From: Thermoanaerobaculia bacterium
GTDB lineage: Bacteria; Acidobacteriota; Thermoanaerobaculia; UBA5066
Assembly (NCBI GenBank): GCA_963719225.1
Contig: CAVRAY010000001.1
Location: 1,344,001 to 1,408,000, forward strand
Direction of reading: 5' to 3'
Length of the DNA: 64,000 nucleotides
Each line of letters begins with the position of its first letter. Positions within the stretch are counted from its first letter, which is position 1. The notes beneath the pieces are model-generated. The model saw nothing but the letters and a program-made list of their open reading frames with translations, was not told where the DNA came from and did not search any database. Shown here piece by piece: positions 1 to 9,240 of the stretch. The position numbers and the translations under genes are program-made.

Positions 1-191
1 CCATGTCGCTGCTGTTCACGGTCATGAAGCTCGTCGTCGAGCCCGGCGCGACCGCGGCGCTCGCGGGCGTTCTTTCAGGCCGCGTGCCCGCCCTCTCCGG
101 AAAGCGCGTGGGCGTCGTTCTCTCGGGCGGCAACATCGACCCGGAGACGTTCGGCCGCCTCGTGTCCGGTCTCGGAGCCGACGCCGTCTAG
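1..191 (+). CDS. PLP-dependent threonine/serine dehydratase family, C-terminal part (5' truncated by window)
   Basis: KLVVEPGATAALAGVL...GKRVGVVLSGGNID is the typical C-terminus of fold-type II PLP dehydratases/racemases. Confidence 0.8.
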   Translation, partial: MSLLFTVMKLVVEPGATAALAGVLSGRVPALSGKRVGVVLSGGNIDPETFGRLVSGLGADAV

Positions 192-760
192 AAGTAATAG
201 TTGAAGCCCGCCGCGACGCGGACGTAGTCGGCCTTCGGCTGATTCGGCAGCGCCTTGACTGCGCCGACGTCGAGAAAGACGTAACGGCCGTCGAGGAAGA
301 CCGACGTCCTGAAGCTGGTTCTCACGTCCACTCCGACGCCGCCGTGCAACGCGAAGAGGTTCTCCGCGGGAGTGGGCATGTCGGCATTCGGCCCCTGACC
401 TCTGGGCTTGGCCCACGTGTATCCGATGCCGGCCAGAACGTAGGGCTGGACGCGCCCGTCGTGCGGGAAGAAAAGGAGCAGCGACGCGGCGATGGGGACC
501 TCGTCGACCGTCAGGACGCGAACGCCGTCCGTCGCGAACGAGTCGTGGCGGTATCCCGCCGACACCTCGAGACCGATCCCGCCGGTGAGGCGAAAGCGCA
601 CATGGACCCCGCCGGTCGCGCCGCCCGACTCCGCGTCGTGCCCGCGCGCGTATCCGGCGCCCGCGCCGTACCCCGTGCCGGGGTCCGAATACGACTGGGC
701 GGCGGCTCGCGGGGCCACGGTGAGGACCACGGCGAGGAGAAGAAGGGTTGGCCCGCTCAT
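188..760 (-). CDS. Outer-membrane beta-barrel protein (OmpA/OmpW-like 8-strand porin family)
   Basis: Signal peptide MSGPTLLLLAVVLTVAPRAAA; amphipathic strands (QPYVLAGIGY, HGGVGVDV); ends in aromatic motif GFNYYF; start set at ATG 760. Confidence 0.75.
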   Translation of the reverse strand: MSGPTLLLLAVVLTVAPRAAAQSYSDPGTGYGAGAGYARGHDAESGGATGGVHVRFRLTGGIGLEVSAGYRHDSFATDGVRVLTVDEVPIAASLLLFFPHDGRVQPYVLAGIGYTWAKPRGQGPNADMPTPAENLFALHGGVGVDVRTSFRTSVFLDGRYVFLDVGAVKALPNQPKADYVRVAAGFNYYF

Positions 761-836
761 CGAGAAAGCGACTGTACCGCGGCCGTGGTCCGCCCGTCCG
801 CGCACGCCGCCGGGAATCGCTCATAATCGTGCACCC

Positions 837-3647
837 GTGGCGTCCAGAAACTGGAAAGACGACCTCCCGACCCTGGTTCTCGCGCTCGCCGCCCAGCTCG
901 GACTCGTGCGCGCGGTGGACTGGGCGCGCACCCATACGGAAACGAGCGATCTCGCACGCCGGCTCGTCGCGGAGCGCTTCTACTTCGCGCCGCAGATCGG
1001 GGCGGTGATCGTCGTCCTGATTCTCGGGCGGCTCATCGTGAAGGCCCTGAACCTGCGCGGAGTCGCGATCGGCGAGTGGCTCCGCTCCTCGATTCTCGTG
1101 CTCGTCGTGGGCGTCGGGTTCCTCGTGGCCGCGCATCTCGATCAGATCCTCGACGTCGTCGCTCTTCTCGCGCCCCAACCATCGCTGGACGCGGCATCGC
1201 GCGACCTGGGCGCCTCGGCGTTCTTCCAGCTCCTCGGGCGCACGGCCACGCTGCGCTACGCGATCGACATCGTGGGACTTCTCGTGTGTCTCTTCGCGAT
1301 CCGGCTCGGCCAGCCCGCGCACCCGGAGGTCTCGTCCGCGCAGGCGTTCCAGGACGGCCGCGACTGGGTTCACGCCGGCGAGGCATACCTGAAGGCGGGC
1401 GACTCGAAACGCGCGCGCCGGATGTTCAAGAAGGCGAGGGCATGGCCCCGGCTGGCTGCCCTCGAGCAGCGTGACGGAAGAGCTCGCGAGGCGGCGCGCC
1501 TCTATGGCGAGGCCGGCGACGGCTACACCTGGGAAGCTTCACGCGCGTGGGAGGCCGCCGGCGAGACCGGAGTCGCCGAGGAGCTCGGCAAGAAGGCGCT
1601 CCTCCTGGCGCGTGCGGGATCCCGCTGGGACCGGCTCGCCGAGATCGCCGACGTACTCGGCGATCATGCGTCTCTCGCAGAGGCGTGTCGCCGGCTCGCC
1701 GAGGGCACGCCGCAGGGGCCTGTCCGCTCGGCACTGTGGAAAAGGGCTGCAGACGCCTACCGCAACGCGGGGAAACCGGGCGATGCCGCTGAGGCCTACC
1801 GGAACGCGCAGGAATTCCTCCTCGCCGGCGAGCTCTTCGTGGAGAGCGGCCGATCCGTGGAAGCCGTCCAATCGTTCGAAAGGAGCGGCGCTCTCACGAA
1901 GGCCGCCCTTGCGGCGGCGCGCGCGGGCGACGAGAAGGGCGCACAGGAGCTTCTCGCGCGGGAGGCCGAGGGCCGGGGAGACCTCGTGTCCGCGGCCGAC
2001 GCCTGGCGGCGGTCGGGACAGGCACTGCGCGCCGCCGGCCTCTTCGAGAAAGCGGGAGACTTCGTCCGTGCTGCGGATGCGTGGAAAGAGGCGGGACGCC
2101 TCGAAAAAGCGGCCCCGCTCTACCAGCGCGGCGGGAATCGCGCCGCGGCCGCGGAGGCATACGCGGGCGCCGGACAGGTCGAGAAAGCCGCGGCGATCTT
2201 CAGCGAGCTCAAGGACTACGACCGCGCGGCGGCGCTCTTCCGCGGCGCGGGGCGCCTGCCCGCCGCGGCGGCCGCTCTCCAGGCCGGCGGAAAGTTCGAG
2301 GAAGCGGCCCAGCTCTTTCACCGAACAGGCCGGGATCTCGAGGCCGCGCGGTGCTCTCTCCTGGCAGGGCGTCGCGAGCAGGCGTGGGAGTTCCTCACCG
2401 GGGTGCCGCGCAGCGAGCCCGGCCTCGCCGACCTTTTTCTCGAGCTCGCGCGCTCGCATCTCGCCGCTGGCGAGAGCAAGGACGCCGTGCACGTCCTGCG
2501 CGCCCTGCTCGGGCGCGGGAAGGTCGACGCCGAGAACGTGCATCTTCACATGACGCTCCTCGAAGCTCTGCGCGCCTCGGGGGATTCCGAGGAGGGAGTG
2601 GAGCTCGGGCGGATCGCGGCTTTCGACCCTTCGGTGCTGGAGGGCGCCGCGGTGCAGCCCATGCCCTTCTCGGACGTGGCGCTCGACGATCCCATGCCGC
2701 CGGCGCTCATTCGGACGCCGGCCGTCCACAAGTCCGGACCCTACGCGGCGTTCACGCGGCCCGCTCCGCCGCCTCCCGCCCAGCCCCCGCCGCTCCGTAT
2801 CGCGGTGCCGGCGGCACCGCCGCCCGCCAAGCCCACGATGGGCTTCGGCCTGCCCGAAACCCCCGAGTCGCGATACGAGATTCTCGCCGAGCTCGGGCGC
2901 GGCGGCATGGGCGTCGTGCACAAGGCGCTCGACAAGAAGCTGGACCGGTTCGTGGCTCTCAAGATCCTGCCGTGGCAGCTCCGCGGAGACGAGACGGCGA
3001 TGCGCTATTTCAAGCGCGAGGCCAAGGCGATCGCGGCCCTCAAGCACCCGAACGTCGTCGCGCTCTACGACTACGGCGAGGGCTTCGGCAGCCTCTATCT
3101 CGCGATGGAATACCTCGAGGGGCCGAATCTCCAGAAGCTCATCAAGAAGGACTCGGAGAGGGTCCAGAAGAACTGGCGGACCTGGTTCGTCCAGGCGACG
3201 CGCGGGATCGCGGCGGCCCACGCGAAGGGCATCCTGCACCGCGACCTGAAGCCCGCGAACCTCATCCTCGACGAGCACGAGACGCTGCGCATCCTCGACT
3301 TCGGCCTCGCGCTTCCGCAGGCCGACGCGGGCGGCACGTCCAAGCTCATCGGCAGTCCGGCCTTCTTTCCGCCCGAAGTCCTGCGCGGCGAGATGCCGAG
3401 CCCCGCCTCGGACGTGTACTCGCTCGGCGCGGCGTTCTACACCCTCGCGACCGGGCGCTGGCCGTACATCGGCGACGATGTCCTCGTCGCGCGGCTCGAG
3501 CGCGATCCCGACGACCCGCGCCCGTACGCCCCGTTTCTCAGCGAGGGGGAAGTCGTGGTTCTCATGCGGACGCTCGCGCGGCACCGGCCCGATCGCTTCC
3601 CGGACGGTGGCGAGCTCCTCGCGGCGCTTCTCGCGCTCGAAGCGTAG
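837..3647 (+). CDS. Membrane-anchored TPR/alpha-solenoid repeat Ser/Thr protein kinase (kinase domain C-terminal)
   Basis: About 4 N-terminal hydrophobic helices, many AA-x-x-Y/F-x-x-AG repeats, Pro-rich linker, then LGRGGMGVV, VALK, HRDLKPAN, DFG. Start moved to GTG 837 because the upstream part of the ORF overlaps the divergent porin gene. Confidence 0.85.
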   Translation: MASRNWKDDLPTLVLALAAQLGLVRAVDWARTHTETSDLARRLVAERFYFAPQIGAVIVVLILGRLIVKALNLRGVAIGEWLRSSILVLVVGVGFLVAAHLDQILDVVALLAPQPSLDAASRDLGASAFFQLLGRTATLRYAIDIVGLLVCLFAIRLGQPAHPEVSSAQAFQDGRDWVHAGEAYLKAGDSKRARRMFKKARAWPRLAALEQRDGRAREAARLYGEAGDGYTWEASRAWEAAGETGVAEELGKKALLLARAGSRWDRLAEIADVLGDHASLAEACRRLAEGTPQGPVRSALWKRAADAYRNAGKPGDAAEAYRNAQEFLLAGELFVESGRSVEAVQSFERSGALTKAALAAARAGDEKGAQELLAREAEGRGDLVSAADAWRRSGQALRAAGLFEKAGDFVRAADAWKEAGRLEKAAPLYQRGGNRAAAAEAYAGAGQVEKAAAIFSELKDYDRAAALFRGAGRLPAAAAALQAGGKFEEAAQLFHRTGRDLEAARCSLLAGRREQAWEFLTGVPRSEPGLADLFLELARSHLAAGESKDAVHVLRALLGRGKVDAENVHLHMTLLEALRASGDSEEGVELGRIAAFDPSVLEGAAVQPMPFSDVALDDPMPPALIRTPAVHKSGPYAAFTRPAPPPPAQPPPLRIAVPAAPPPAKPTMGFGLPETPESRYEILAELGRGGMGVVHKALDKKLDRFVALKILPWQLRGDETAMRYFKREAKAIAALKHPNVVALYDYGEGFGSLYLAMEYLEGPNLQKLIKKDSERVQKNWRTWFVQATRGIAAAHAKGILHRDLKPANLILDEHETLRILDFGLALPQADAGGTSKLIGSPAFFPPEVLRGEMPSPASDVYSLGAAFYTLATGRWPYIGDDVLVARLERDPDDPRPYAPFLSEGEVVVLMRTLARHRPDRFPDGGELLAALLALEA

Positions 3648-3658
3648 GAAAGCGTCCC

Positions 3659-4864
3659 ATGAGGATCGCGGTCGTGGCCGGCGACGGGATCGGCCCGGAA
3701 GTGACGCGCGAGTCTCTGAAGGTGCTCGGTGCGCTGGCGTCGGTCGCCGAAGGCATGGCCCCTTCTCCTACTCGCGTGAACTCGCTTCGCTCAGACAGCA
3801 CGCTCGGGCGTCGAAGGGGTCATGCCTCCGGCTCCGATCCATTCATAGAAATCTCTCTATTCCCTTGGGGCGCAGATCACTATCTGAAAACGGGCGAGAC
3901 GCTTCCCCCGGGCGCGTTCGAGATGCTCGCGCGCGATTTCGACGCCGTCCTCGCTGGCGCCTTCGGCGACCCGCGTATCCCGGATGGGCGGCACGCGGAC
4001 GAGATCCTCCTCGGCATGCGCCACGGGCTCGACCTTTTCGCGAATGTCCGTCCCGTGCGCGCGCTCCACGACTCCCTCGTCCCGATTCGGAATGCGCGCG
4101 CCTCCGACGTCGACTTCGTCCTCTTCCGCGAGAACACCGAAGGAGCCTATTCGGGCCGGGGGCGCGTCGAAGGACCCGGGACCGCCGAGGAGGAGGCGGT
4201 GGAGGAGGATGTGACGACCCGGCGCGGCGTCGAGCGGATCTGCCGCGCGGCGTTCGCTTTCGCCGCGACCTTCGGGAAACCCCGGCGCCTTGGACGCCGG
4301 CCGCGCGTTCTCATGGCGGACAAGCACAACGTCCAGAAGCGCGGCGGCGGCCTGTGGCTGCGCGTCTTTCGCGAGGTGGCGAATGAATTTCCCGCCCTCG
4401 AGAGCCGGCACATGTTCGCGGACGCCCTCGCTCACGAGATGGTGAGGAACCCCGCCGCGCTGGACGTCGTCGTCACGAACAACCTCTTCGGCGACGTCCT
4501 GTCGGATCTCGGCGCCGCGCTGCAGGGAGGCCTCGGCCTCGCGCCATCCGGGAACGTGCGACCGAACAGCACGTCCGTCTTCGAACCGGTGCACGGCTCG
4601 GCGCCCGATCTCGCGGGGCAGGGGATCGCCAATCCCTTCGGCTCGATCCGGAGCCTCGGGATGCTGCTCGCGCACCTGGGCCGCGCGGATCTCGAGGGGC
4701 GGGTCGAAAACGCCGTCGCCGCCTGCGTGGCGGCGGGAGAGACGACGCGCGACCTGGGGGGAAAGCTCTCGACGGCAGAGGCCGGCGACGCCGTCGTCGC
4801 GCGGCTGGGCGACGGAACGGCTAGCAGGCTGCTGAAGAAAGGGCTCTTTTTCAAAGGAGCTTGA
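3659..4864 (+). CDS. leuB: Isocitrate/3-isopropylmalate dehydrogenase family (LeuB type 2-like); C-terminus supplied by IS end
   Basis: MRIAVVAGDGIGPEV, RENTEG, NLFGDVLSDL, FEPVHGSAPD; true start ATG 3659 inside ORF 2081..4864; substrate could also be tartrate/malate. Confidence 0.75.
   Translation: MRIAVVAGDGIGPEVTRESLKVLGALASVAEGMAPSPTRVNSLRSDSTLGRRRGHASGSDPFIEISLFPWGADHYLKTGETLPPGAFEMLARDFDAVLAGAFGDPRIPDGRHADEILLGMRHGLDLFANVRPVRALHDSLVPIRNARASDVDFVLFRENTEGAYSGRGRVEGPGTAEEEAVEEDVTTRRGVERICRAAFAFAATFGKPRRLGRRPRVLMADKHNVQKRGGGLWLRVFREVANEFPALESRHMFADALAHEMVRNPAALDVVVTNNLFGDVLSDLGAALQGGLGLAPSGNVRPNSTSVFEPVHGSAPDLAGQGIANPFGSIRSLGMLLAHLGRADLEGRVENAVAACVAAGETTRDLGGKLSTAEAGDAVVARLGDGTASRLLKKGLFFKGA
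3746..3832. repeat. 87-nt palindromic (REP/RPE-like) element inserted in frame in leuB
   Basis: GCCGAAGGCATGGCCCCTTC (3746-3765) pairs with GAAGGGGTCATGCCTCCGGC (3813-3832) at 18/20; inner GCGTG/CACGC stem; adds ~29 aa not typical of the family. Confidence 0.7.
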
Positions 4865-6153
4865 GCGGGAGAAGACACGTCAAGCTGAAAGAGGGGATTG
4901 CTTCGAGAGAGTGAGTCCGTGCTGCTCGCCTTTTTCGGCCCGCTTCGGTCGCACCGAGGGGCGCTTCAGGGGGAATCAGGCGGTCGAGGACTCCATTCGC
5001 GCCATTCGGACGAGGTTGTAGGCCGTCATCACGCTGAGGACGTGAGCCGCCACGCGGGCGAGTCCTCGGAAGCGCGTCTTGGCCAGGCCTCCGATGGTCT
5101 TACTCCAGCCGAAGATTTCTTCGACGCGCTTCCTGATTCGCTGGCTCACGGCGTAGCCCGCGTGTCTCGTCGTCCTTCGGTCGATGGCGCTGCGCCTGTT
5201 GGTGGTGTTCTGGGCCACGTGGGGCGTGACGCCTCTCTCTCGGAGCCTTTCGATGAAATCCCTCGTGTCGTAGCCCTTGTCGCCGGCCAGCGTGATGCGC
5301 TTGTCCGAGCCCAGCTCGTCGACCATGCCCAGTGCGGCCGACCTCTCCCCGTAGCCGTCGGCCGTCGTTACGCGCGCCTTCACGCACAGTCCGTTTCTGT
5401 TCTCCATCAAGACGTGGCCGAGGTAGCACAGCTGCGAAGGCTGGCCGTCTCCCTTCTTGTAGAGCTTGGCGTCGGGATCGGTCGTCGAGGCGTGCGTGTC
5501 GTTGCGCCTCTTCTGGCCGCGAAAGTCGACATCGGCGTTGCGGCCGCCAGGAGCTGGCGGCTCATCGCCGCCCTTACCGTCCTTGTCCTTCCGGGGCTGG
5601 AAGCTCTTCAAGGAGGCGTTCGCTTCGATCAGCGTGCCGTCCACGGTGAAGTGCTCGTCCGAGAGAAGAAACTTCTTGCGGGCCTGTGCGACGACTTCCG
5701 AGAAGAACTCCTCGAAGACCTCGGCCTCCAACAGTCTCTGGCGGTTCTTCGAGAAGGTCGTCGGATCGAAGGCCGGTGCAAGCCCCGGCATGTCCAGGAA
5801 CCAGCGGAAGAGAAAGTCGTACCCGAGCCGCTCGCAGAAGAGCCGCTCGCTTCTCACGCTGTACAGCGCGATGAGGATCTGCGCCTTGAGAAGCATCTCG
5901 GGCGGAATCGATGGACGCCCTCGCTCCGAGTACAGCCTGGCGAGCTTGGGCTCGAGACGCCTGAGCGCTTCGTCTGCAAGCGCCTTCACCTTGCGGATCG
6001 GGTGGTCCCGCGGCACGAGCTCCTCGGGCGTCATCGTCACGACAAGATCGACCTGCTTTTCGTTGTCTCCACGCATGCACATCAAGGTGCAGCCGCATCG
6101 CGCAGCAGTCAATGCCTCGCCGCGATTTTCAGGAGCCCTTTTTCAGCAGCCTG
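4825..6153 (-). mobile_element. IS5-family insertion sequence, 1329 bp, CTAG target duplication
   Basis: Left end CAGGCTGCTGAAGAAAGGGCTC vs reverse complement of right end CAGGCTGCTGAAAAAGGGCTC (12 bp perfect, then a 1-nt indel); CTAG at 4821-4824 and 6154-6157. Confidence 0.92.
4976..6076 (-). CDS. IS5-family DDE transposase
   Basis: MRG...VPRDHPIR, GRPSIPPE, TVDGTLIEA, ADKGYD-like GDKGYD, RKRVEEIFGW; TTGACT-17-CACCTT promoter just upstream on the minus strand. Confidence 0.9.
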   Translation of the reverse strand: MRGDNEKQVDLVVTMTPEELVPRDHPIRKVKALADEALRRLEPKLARLYSERGRPSIPPEMLLKAQILIALYSVRSERLFCERLGYDFLFRWFLDMPGLAPAFDPTTFSKNRQRLLEAEVFEEFFSEVVAQARKKFLLSDEHFTVDGTLIEANASLKSFQPRKDKDGKGGDEPPAPGGRNADVDFRGQKRRNDTHASTTDPDAKLYKKGDGQPSQLCYLGHVLMENRNGLCVKARVTTADGYGERSAALGMVDELGSDKRITLAGDKGYDTRDFIERLRERGVTPHVAQNTTNRRSAIDRRTTRHAGYAVSQRIRKRVEEIFGWSKTIGGLAKTRFRGLARVAAHVLSVMTAYNLVRMARMESSTA

Positions 6154-6477
6154 CTAGAGGACCCGGACGCGCACCTCGCGCATCGGCTCGGGCTCGTCGA
6201 GCTCCAGCTTCTCCTCGACGACGACGCGCTGAATGAGGCCCCGTTCCCCCTCGACGATCAGGGTGATGCCGGGCTCGATCTCGTCGAACGTCGCCTCGGC
6301 GACGGACTCGTCGGGGTTCTTCACGATGACCGACTCCACGACGGAGGGCTCGCCCGCGCGACCGGCGACGACGAGCCGGAACGTGGACGTCTCCTTGGCG
6401 TGCTTGTTTTTTTCCTTGCGGGCGAGCTCGCGGGCTCGCTTCTGCGCCCTTTTCTGGCGGATTTCCCAAGCCCTCAT
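6154..6477 (-). CDS. Hypothetical protein (basic N-terminus, acidic C-terminus)
   Basis: GGAAAGGAG SD 4 nt before ATG 6477; its TAG stop is the IS target CTAG. Confidence 0.65.
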   Translation of the reverse strand: MRAWEIRQKRAQKRARELARKEKNKHAKETSTFRLVVAGRAGEPSVVESVIVKNPDESVAEATFDEIEPGITLIVEGERGLIQRVVVEEKLELDEPEPMREVRVRVL

Positions 6478-6566
6478 GCCGCTCCTTTCCGGGCGCGAGA
6501 GAGCGCCGGAGCCCCGCATTATGACCGAGCCGGCTATCGGCTAATCTCGGCCGAGCGGAGGCAGCG

Positions 6567-7601
6567 ATGAAAGCAGTCTTCCTGACCGCCCACGGCGGCA
6601 ACGACGTTCTCTCCTTCGGCGAGCGGCCCGACCCGGTTCCGGGCGCCGGAGAGGTGCTCGTGAAGGTCGAGGCGGCCGCGCTCAACGGGCTCGACATCTT
6701 CGTGAGGAACGGCATTCCCGGCGTGCCCGTGACCTTTCCTCACGTGCCGGGCGCCGACGGGACGGGAGTCGTCGAGGCGCTCGGACCGGGCGTGAAGGGC
6801 CCCGCGCCCGGAACGCGCGTCGTCCTTCAGCCCGGTCTTTCCTGCGGCACCTGCGAGTTCTGTCTCGCCGGCGAGCGCAGCCTGTGCGTGACGTTCCGGA
6901 TTCTCGGAGAGCACCTCCCGGGCACGTTTGCCGAGAAGGTCGCCGTGCCCCGGGCGAACGTCTACCCGACGCCCGGCCGGCTTTCTCCGGAGCAGGCCGC
7001 GGCGTTTCCGCTCGTGGGGCTCACGGCGTGGCGCATGCTCGTGACCCGCGCCGCTCTCCGGCCGGGGGAGACCGTGCTCGTGCACGGCGTCGGCGGCGGC
7101 GTCTCGACGATGGCGGTGCAGATCGCGAAGCTGTGCGGGGCGTCCCGGGTCTTCGTCACGTCCTCGTCCGAGGAAAAGCTCCAGCGCGCGCGGGAGCTCG
7201 GGGCGGACGAGACGATCAACTACAAGACGGCGGATGTCGGCAAGGCGATCCGCGAGCTGACGAAAAAGCGCGGCGTGGACCTCGTCGTGGACTCGGTCGG
7301 GGCGGCCACGTGGCGTCACTCGCTCAATGCGGCCGCCAGGAATGGTCGCATCGTCACGTGCGGCGCGACGTCCGGCCCGAACCCCGAGGAGGAGATCCGC
7401 ACCATCTTCTGGAAGCAGCTCACGATCCTCGGGTCCACTATGGGCACGGACGCGGAGTTCACGGCGATGCTTTCGGCCGTCGAGGCCGGCCGGATCGATC
7501 CCGTCGTGGACAGCGTCTTCCCGCTCGCGGACGCGCGCCAGGCCTACGAGCGGATGGCTTCGGGGGCGGCCTTCGGGAAGATCGTCCTCAAGGTCGCCTG
7601 A
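6567..7601 (+). CDS. Zinc-binding alcohol dehydrogenase / quinone oxidoreductase (MDR family)
   Basis: PHVPGADGTGVV, CGTCEFC...C structural Zn site, VLVHGVGGGV Rossmann motif, FGKIVL end. Confidence 0.9.
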   Translation: MKAVFLTAHGGNDVLSFGERPDPVPGAGEVLVKVEAAALNGLDIFVRNGIPGVPVTFPHVPGADGTGVVEALGPGVKGPAPGTRVVLQPGLSCGTCEFCLAGERSLCVTFRILGEHLPGTFAEKVAVPRANVYPTPGRLSPEQAAAFPLVGLTAWRMLVTRAALRPGETVLVHGVGGGVSTMAVQIAKLCGASRVFVTSSSEEKLQRARELGADETINYKTADVGKAIRELTKKRGVDLVVDSVGAATWRHSLNAAARNGRIVTCGATSGPNPEEEIRTIFWKQLTILGSTMGTDAEFTAMLSAVEAGRIDPVVDSVFPLADARQAYERMASGAAFGKIVLKVA

Positions 7602-7615
7602 GACCGCCGGGCTCG

Positions 7616-7644
7616 TTGTCGCGTCCGCCTGTCGGGCGTAGAGT
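7616..7644 (+). promoter_or_regulatory. sigma70-type promoter for the dioxygenase gene
   Basis: TTGTCG-17 nt-TAGAGT, followed by GAGGAGG SD before ATG 7677. Confidence 0.6.
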
Positions 7645-7676
7645 GAGTCTCGAGTCGACCGCGCCGAGGAGGATGA

Positions 7677-8306
7677 ATGGCGTCACTCCTTTCCCGCCGC
7701 GAATTGGTGGAGCGTTGTCTCGCTACGGGAGCCCTCAAGCTCGCTCCGGCCCTTCCGCTCGGGTTCGCGGCGCCCCTCCTCGCGGACGAAGTCGCGCACG
7801 CGCCGACGCCGTCGAACGAGCTCGGTCCCTTCTACAAGCGGAGGGCGCCGAAGACGGCGGTCCTCGCGCCCGAGGGCGCCCCGGGCGTCCCTCTCACGGT
7901 GGAGGGCGTCGTCCTGGACACGCATGGCGAGCGGCTTGAAGGCGCGGTCCTCGAGCTCTGGCACGCTTCGGGCGCGGGCCTGTACGACAACGAGGGTTAC
8001 CTCTACCGGGGCGTCGTCGAAGCGGGCTCCAAGGGCGCATACGAGTTCCGATCCGTGCTCCCCGGACACTACGTCGGGCGCGTCTGCCAGCACATCCACT
8101 ATCGGGTGACGGCGCCGGGCCACAAGCCGCTCGTCACGCAGCTCTACTTCGCCACGGACCCCGCGTTCGACGGGGACCCGGACAGGAACTTCCGCAAGGA
8201 CCCGCTGATCACGAGCCGCGAGCTCGTGCGGCCCGTGTCCCTCGCGGCGGACGGCGCCACCGTGCGCGCGAAAGTGCGCTTCGAGATCACCCTCGAACGC
8301 GCCTGA
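7677..8306 (+). CDS. Intradiol ring-cleavage dioxygenase-like protein with Tat signal
   Basis: SRRELV twin-Arg leader; GPFY, LELWHA..G.Y, PGHY, HIHY, LVTQLYF motifs. Confidence 0.8.
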   Translation: MASLLSRRELVERCLATGALKLAPALPLGFAAPLLADEVAHAPTPSNELGPFYKRRAPKTAVLAPEGAPGVPLTVEGVVLDTHGERLEGAVLELWHASGAGLYDNEGYLYRGVVEAGSKGAYEFRSVLPGHYVGRVCQHIHYRVTAPGHKPLVTQLYFATDPAFDGDPDRNFRKDPLITSRELVRPVSLAADGATVRAKVRFEITLERA

Positions 8307-9235
8307 TGGGACGCCCGCCCGACCATCTTCTCCGGCTCGAAGCTCGCGCGAGCGCGGGTGCCAGTGAGCCGCTCGGCGACTCTCTCGCGGTTTCATTCGC
8401 GGACGGGACGCTGCGCGTCTACGGGCCCGGTGGCGAGGTGCGCCGGACGTGGAAAGCCGGCGACAAGGGGTTCGTCGCCCTTGCGTATTCTGGGGACGGC
8501 CGGCGACTCGTCGGGGGCGGCTCGGACGGCCGCGTTTCTGTCGTGGAGTCGGGCACGGGGCGCGAACTCGGCTCGTTTCCCGCAAACGCGGCGAAGATCG
8601 AAGCGCTCGTCTCCTCGCGCGACGGGAGCGTCGTCGCGACGGCCGCGGGGTCCGAGGCCGCCGCCTTCCGGACCGCGGACGGGACCCGTCTCTTCAAGAT
8701 CGGCTCGACTGTCTCGGAGGTGACGGATGTCGCCGTTGCGTCTGGAGGCGACCGCGTCGCCGTGGCGTTCACGGACGTCGACGTGCGTCTCGTGGATTCG
8801 TCGACAGGGCGCGTTCGCGCGACGATCGCCGACCTGGACATGGCGGCGTTCTGCCTCGCGTTCTCGCCGGACGGGCGGCAGCTCGCGTGCGGTTGTGCGG
8901 ATGGGTGCGTCACGATCCGCGACGTGGCGACGGGCTCGCGCGTCCGCGCCGACGTGCGCCACGCCGAGCCCGTCGGCGCGGTGAGGTTCTCGCCTGACGG
9001 GTCGTGGGTCACGAGCGTCGGACAGAGCATGAACCCGGCGACGCGCGAGGCATCGGTGAAGACGATATCGGTCGCGACGAGCATCGTCGCGACGGAGGTG
9101 CTCGGGGTCCTGCCGTTCGTGACGCTCGGCTTCTCGGAAGACGGGACGGCGCACGTCGCCTCGCCCGAGCGAGGGGTCGGAGTGCGCGTGTGGGACGTGC
9201 GGCGTCCGGGCGGAGCCGAATTCAGAAACTCCTGA
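8306..9235 (+). CDS. WD40-repeat beta-propeller protein
   Basis: Repeated AFSPDG/YSGDG...GxxDG.V.V units; TGATG coupling to the upstream gene. Confidence 0.75.
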   Translation: MGRPPDHLLRLEARASAGASEPLGDSLAVSFADGTLRVYGPGGEVRRTWKAGDKGFVALAYSGDGRRLVGGGSDGRVSVVESGTGRELGSFPANAAKIEALVSSRDGSVVATAAGSEAAAFRTADGTRLFKIGSTVSEVTDVAVASGGDRVAVAFTDVDVRLVDSSTGRVRATIADLDMAAFCLAFSPDGRQLACGCADGCVTIRDVATGSRVRADVRHAEPVGAVRFSPDGSWVTSVGQSMNPATREASVKTISVATSIVATEVLGVLPFVTLGFSEDGTAHVASPERGVGVRVWDVRRPGGAEFRNS

Positions 9236-9240
9236 GCGAA

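Noticed and set aside
2081-3658. Apparent 526-aa N-terminal extension of LeuB (similarly 10312..11439 for the radical SAM gene and 27833..29509 for MdtC)
   Set aside because: Overlaps real genes in another frame; family homology starts only at the downstream start codon
5111-5123. GAAGATTTCTTCGA in the transposase as a copy of the dispersed motif
   Set aside because: Explained by the conserved VEEIF transposase motif; unpaired and lacks the terminal GAA
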